DNA of 37,673 nt, taken from assembly GCF_001194135.2 (NCBI RefSeq), contig NC_068990.1, forward strand, positions 23,148,370 through 23,186,042. The letters run 5' to 3'. The position numbers were made by a program, and so were the translations under genes. This document shows, one piece after another, positions 32,427 to 37,673 of this stretch. Under the pieces are notes generated by a model, which saw nothing but the letters and a program-made list of their open reading frames with translations, was not told the origin of the DNA and searched no databases. Each line of letters opens with the position of its first letter. Within the stretch, counting starts at the first letter, position 1. The stretch is from Octopus bimaculoides (Eukaryota).

Positions 32427-33333
32427 NNNNNNNNNNNNNNNNNNNNNNNNNNNNNNNNNNNNNNNNNNNNNNNNNNNNNNNNNNNNNNNNNNNNNNNNNN
32501 NNNNNNNNNNNNNNNNNNNNNNNNNNNNNNNNNNNNNNNNNNNNNNNNNNNNNNNNNNNNNNNNNNNNNNNNNNNNNNNNNNNNNNNNNNNNNNNNNNNN
32601 NNNNNNNNNNNNNNNNNNNNNNNNNNNNNNNNNNNNNNNNNNNNNNNNNNNNNNNNNNNNNNNNNNNNNNNNNNNNNNNNNNNNNNNNNNNNNNNNNNNN
32701 NNNNNNNNNNNNNNNNNNNNNNNNNNNNNNNNNNNNNNNNNNNNNNNNNNNNNNNNNNNNNNNNNNNNNNNNNNNNNNNNNNNNNNNNNNNNNNNNNNNN
32801 NNNNNNNNNNNNNNNNNNNNNNNNNNNNNNNNNNNNNNNNNNNNNNNNNNNNNNNNNNNNNNNNNNNNNNNNNNNNNNNNNNNNNNNNNNNNNNNNNNNN
32901 NNNNNNNNNNNNNNNNNNNNNNNNNNNNNNNNNNNNNNNNNNNNNNNNNNNNNNNNNNNNNNNNNNNNNNNNNNNNNNNNNNNNNNNNNNNNNNNNNNNN
33001 NNNNNNNNNNNNNNNNNNNNNNNNNNNNNNNNNNNNNNNNNNNNNNNNNNNNNNNNNNNNNNNNNNNNNNNNNNNNNNNNNNNNNNNNNNNNNNNNNNNN
33101 NNNNNNNNNNNNNNNNNNNNNNNNNNNNNNNNNNNNNNNNNNNNNNNNNNNNNNNNNNNNNNNNNNNNNNNNNNNNNNNNNNNNNNNNNNNNNNNNNNNN
33201 NNNNNNNNNNNNNNNNNNNNNNNNNNNNNNNNNAGAAAGAAAGAAACAAATATAGATAGATAGATAGATAGATATGAGAAATTACGATAAACACATGCTC
33301 ATATTATTAGTTCCTACGAACATTTTCACTCGT

Positions 33334-33536
33334 GCATTAGGTGTTTCGAGTGCATTTGGATGCTTAACCAGAATGAATCATCCGTGGACACTTTTTTGCA
33401 TTAAGTTACAGAGAACTAACGCTCAGTAATTCTCGATACCTTAATGGACGTCAGCTCTCTGTAACTTAGCGCAATAAAGTGTTCCCTGATGATCCCTTCT
33501 GGTGGAGCACTCAAATGCACTTGGAACACCTAATGC
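33334..33536. repeat. Foldback hairpin element of about 200 bp, copy 2
   Basis: About 15 substitutions versus copy 1 over about 280 bp, including the shared GATA-proximal flank. Confidence 0.8.
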
Positions 33537-33711
33537 TGGACTCCAAACAATCATAATGGTGAAAATGTACGTAGGAATTAATAATGTAAACTTGTGTTTA
33601 TCGTGAATTGCTCTACATTTACTTTGTAATTCATAACAAGTTATGTTACTAAGTATAAAAGTTATTTAACCACTATACTGGAAACTGACCGGGATACGAT
33701 AATCTACATTC

Positions 33712-33712
<1 letters not shown>

Positions 33713-33748
<36 letters not shown>

Positions 33749-33834
33749 TGTGTGCGTGCGTGTGCGTGTACTGTATATGTACGTATGTATGTATGTATAT
33801 GTACATATGTTTTATATTATACACGTACATATAT

Positions 33835-33896
<62 letters not shown>

Positions 33897-33945
33897 CATA
33901 CATGCATACATACACACTCACATGCATATATATGTATCCATGTAC
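33713..33945. repeat. (TG)n/(TATG)n/(CA)n/(TA)n compound microsatellite
   Basis: Direct reading. Confidence 0.9.
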
Positions 33946-35938
33946 ATATGGTTTTTACGATGGAACTCGAAATAGATAAAGCTATATATAATAGCGTGTG
34001 GATATTGTAATAAAAACCCTTTGGAAGAGAAAAAAGGGCGAAGGCTGTCGTATAAATATGTACTAGATAGCACTGCACTGTCATTCTTGATATCGATATA
34101 TTGCACAGCATCTGTTTATCACTCTCTTTTTGGTTGGTACACACTACACAAAGTTATCAAATACAACACTAATTGCATGCGAAATATAAAATATAAAATA
34201 CTTTCCGTTAATAGGAAAACTGTTGTATAACCCCAAAACCGTGTCTTTTAATTTGTTTGTACCATGTTCTATCCAATAACATCTGCCACAATTTGTAAAA
34301 CACTGAGATGATAATCACACACGTTCCTCGAAATAAATAACATCAAGCAATTTTTAAACATCTATGTATTACATAGTACTATTTATCATTTATTTTTATT
34401 CGTGTATCGTATACAATATATTTTCCATTTACATCTTATTACTGAAAAGCCAGAAAAATGTCCTTTTTCAGATCCAAATTTTCCTTACATGACAAAAAAA
34501 AATTAATAAATATAGAAATATTAAAAGTGCTCCCTTTTATTTCAAGTAATGAATAATATTTTGAAATAGAGTTCAAAGTGATTTTTCTACACTCAGGTGC
34601 TCTTTCAACACTTAAATCTGGCAGGCTGTATATGTTTAATGGTTGTTATATCATAAAATAAATGGACATTTCTACATCAGTTGTAGTTTCGCTGCTATCA
34701 AAAATGAATATGGCGCCGAAGTATTTTTGATCTAACATTGGCCAATATTTGAAACAGTTGGGAGAAATAAATGCAGGTGTAATGTAACTAGCGCTACTGC
34801 GGTATCTGAAAGGTATGTAGTTAAAGGAAAAAGCTTTGTGGATTATAAATTGCATGCATGGTATGCCACGTTATTTCCTTTCCTCATGAGCGACTAAAAA
34901 CATGATTTTCTAGATATTATTTCGAAAGTATTCCTTGTTAAATAAAGGAGATACTTTGATGTGGTTCCAATCAAGGCCTTATTGTGACAAGAAGTGTGTT
35001 TATCATTGTTGCCTCACCAAACACTCGATTGACACATTGTACATAGGAACTGCCGATCGATATTCATAATCATTACTATATGCTGAATCAACCAAAACTA
35101 TATCAGAAAAAGATCGATAATATATTTTAAAGGAATGGATTTTTGTTAAATCTAGGCGGCTTCTCTCTCTGTCTCTTGAGTATGTTACACACTTAAATTC
35201 CCACGATGGAACGGAATAAAAGACAATCAGAATAAATAAATGGTAAGAAAACAATAAAGATAATATGATAATATGACAAAGAAAATAAATAACAATGAAA
35301 ATAAAACCGAAAAGACTTTTGTGTAAAAAGGAAATTGGCTTTAAGCTGATAAATCTAATGGAACATGCAGGCTAAAAGAAAAGGAATAATTCCATGTGGA
35401 TTTATTTATTAACTCAGTGTATAAAATGTTGATAAATTTATAATGTAACTACTTGGAAGAACGGAGTTTTCTTATATTTCTGATCTCAAACATACGAAGA
35501 GGGAAATAATGGTAAATGCTATTTATTTAGAACTAACTAGCGGCTTCTGCCAACTCCATCTCCAATCAATCGATTTTTCCTTTCTGCTAGAAATCAACTT
35601 GCATGAAATTCACACAGTTCTCTTGACATGCAATATTATTGCTAAAAATAGTTTTATTCTTATCAGTTGATGAAAAAGACGGTGGGTTCTTTTTTTTTTT
35701 TTTTTTTCCTTTTAATTGAATCGTTTGTATTAATTTATATGAATTTTAGGGCACGATATGTTTTACAAGCCGTAATTTGTGGAAAACATATTTTTAAGCT
35801 TTGAAATACAATAAGGAAATAAATATATTTTTTTTAAAATTAAAAGGAGAGGAAAAGTAAAGAACAAAAAACAAGAACATCTGCAAGTAACATAGAAATG
35901 AAAACACGCAGAAAATTAATCACAACTATTCCATTATT

Positions 35939-35939
35939 T

Positions 35940-36014
<75 letters not shown>
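35939..36014. repeat. (GATA)n array
   Basis: Direct reading. Confidence 0.97.
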
Positions 36015-36016
<2 letters not shown>

Positions 36017-36567
36017 GAAGTGAGAGATGTACAGAAAAGGAGACAGACAGATGGAGAACTATATAGAGAGGACATGGCAAGAAAAAATATTTTTCAGTCT
36101 TTTATAGCGTCGATTTGGAGAATTGTTCGCTTTTCCAGAAGAGTGCAAAGTACTGACAAAAAATAACAGAACGAAAGAATAAAAGAATAAAACTTGACAA
36201 TATCTCCATATCTTACTTCAATAGAAACCAGAATTCCACTAAAATGGAAGAAATAAGATTCTGATGAATAAATAACTAACTTCGTAAGTATTTTATAGCT
36301 CTGCTAACATCACGGATAATTAATTTTTTATTAGAAACTTCTTAGTTGTTTGAAAGAAAACTTTAATAAAGTTGAACGAATCTCGCTTGTTTGTAACTCT
36401 GCGTTAAACTAAAAGAACTTTCTTTGTTATGTCTTTTTTTTTTTTAGCAGCAGGAAAATATATGTAACTCTTTCATTTATTTTCGTGTTACGCTCAGTGG
36501 AGTGTGGCCGTTAGTGGGTACCATCATTCTAGAAATAAAGTATCATGACATGTTTAGGTCGTGCAGA

Positions 36568-36569
<2 letters not shown>

Positions 36570-36609
<40 letters not shown>

Positions 36610-36875
36610 TCATGCATACGAATGATAAGCTTCCTCATATTTTCCGTCTATCAAATTCACTCACAAGGCATTGTTTAGCTTAGAGCTATTGTAGAAGACA
36701 CTTGCCCAATGTGCTGCGTAGTGTATATTTATGCGTGTGCGCGTGTGTGTGTGTATTTATGTGTGTGCGTTTGAGTTTGTCACCAGCCACTGCTTGACAA
36801 CTGGTGCTGGTTTGTTTAACTCACTGTAACTTAACAGTTCGGTTAAAGAGACTGATTGAATAAGTACTAGCCTTT
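36570..36875. mobile_element. Family B-like SINE with its 5' part inverted (minus 36570-36722, plus 36723-36875)
   Basis: ttccgtctatcaaattcactcacaaggc..gtagaagacacttgcccaa is the reverse complement of the CORE-like block; it is followed by sense-strand gcttgacaactggtgctggtttg..gaataagtactag. Confidence 0.65.
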
Positions 36876-37588
36876 GATATAATAACTGCCCACGAGGTGG
36901 TTATCTGTTCTACTAAACTCTACAGAACGGTGCACAAGCATAGGCACACTCCAATGCCTTAAACACGTAAAAGAAATTCGTTGAAATATTATTGATCTAA
37001 AGACAGGATATTCAGTTTTGTGCGCAACAGAACACGTGTGGCACTATTGTATTAGATTTATCTCAGAAGAATAAACTATTTGATATGAAGAACAGATAAG
37101 GTGATAACAGGCTAAAACAGTGTTTACCAAGAACAATGTTAATTAGGCTAGTAAAGCCAGCAGATCAATTGAAAGCAACGTCATAAAATAAATGGCTGCT
37201 GCACGGTAAAAGCTGGTGACGGCTTGCTTCTTAAGAAGTGGAGAAAGAAAGCGAAAGAACATGAGAGAGAAAGACCAAGAGAGAGAGAGAGAGCGAGGAG
37301 TAAGGAAAGGATGTGGTGGGGGGAATGATTGCTTGCGACAGGCTTTCCATTGCTATAGGGAAGCAAAAGTTGTCGTTGTTATCTATATATATGGAGAGAG
37401 AGAGAGAGAGTGTGTGTCTTGTCTCTATAGAAAAAAGAATGACAACTACACCTGTAACATATGATATTCTATAATAGAATTACAGAACTACTCTAACAAA
37501 TTATTGTTATCAAATGCCAATGTTCAGCTATGAAGGAATGTTGTACTACAGCTGATCCAATAACAAAGGATCTGTCTCTTACTCCCCA

Positions 37589-37592
<4 letters not shown>

Positions 37593-37673
<81 letters not shown>
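37593..37673. repeat. (TA)n(TG)n at the window end
   Basis: Direct reading. Confidence 0.97.

Noticed and set aside
37170-37215. gtcataaa and aaatggctgc motifs (posterior Hox-like and YY1-like sites)
   Set aside because: Two short motifs with no independent promoter evidence; expected by chance in 37 kb.
121-37464. Most ORFs in the supplied track (poly-YI, CV, HT, LS, KKER, poly-T/I/L/V, X-rich)
   Set aside because: They are translations of microsatellites or run through N gaps; there is no coding signal.

Overview
Repeat-dense, AT-rich eukaryotic scaffold with ten N gaps and no confidently identifiable protein-coding gene. The mix of tRNA-headed SINEs, compound microsatellites and LINE remnants resembles an Octopus (coleoid cephalopod) intron or intergenic region; the taxon is my inference, not a search result. 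About 40 SINE copies or fragments fall into four working families that I label A-D. Also present: three 3' ends of R4/Dong-type LINEs (two of them embedded in TAA arrays), a Tx1/L1-type 3' end, an RTE 3' remnant, and several MITE or foldback elements. The most notable signal is three minimal type I hammerhead-ribozyme folds on the minus strand, of the kind carried by Penelope-like elements. One has a canonical core (5620-5663). Two copies of another family share a non-canonical U at core position 6 and show a compensatory change in helix I (1561-1596, 21815-21851). Almost all ORFs in the supplied track are microsatellite or N-gap artefacts, and the few candidate exons are low confidence. Repeat boundaries and identities were estimated by eye (about +/-10-20 nt).
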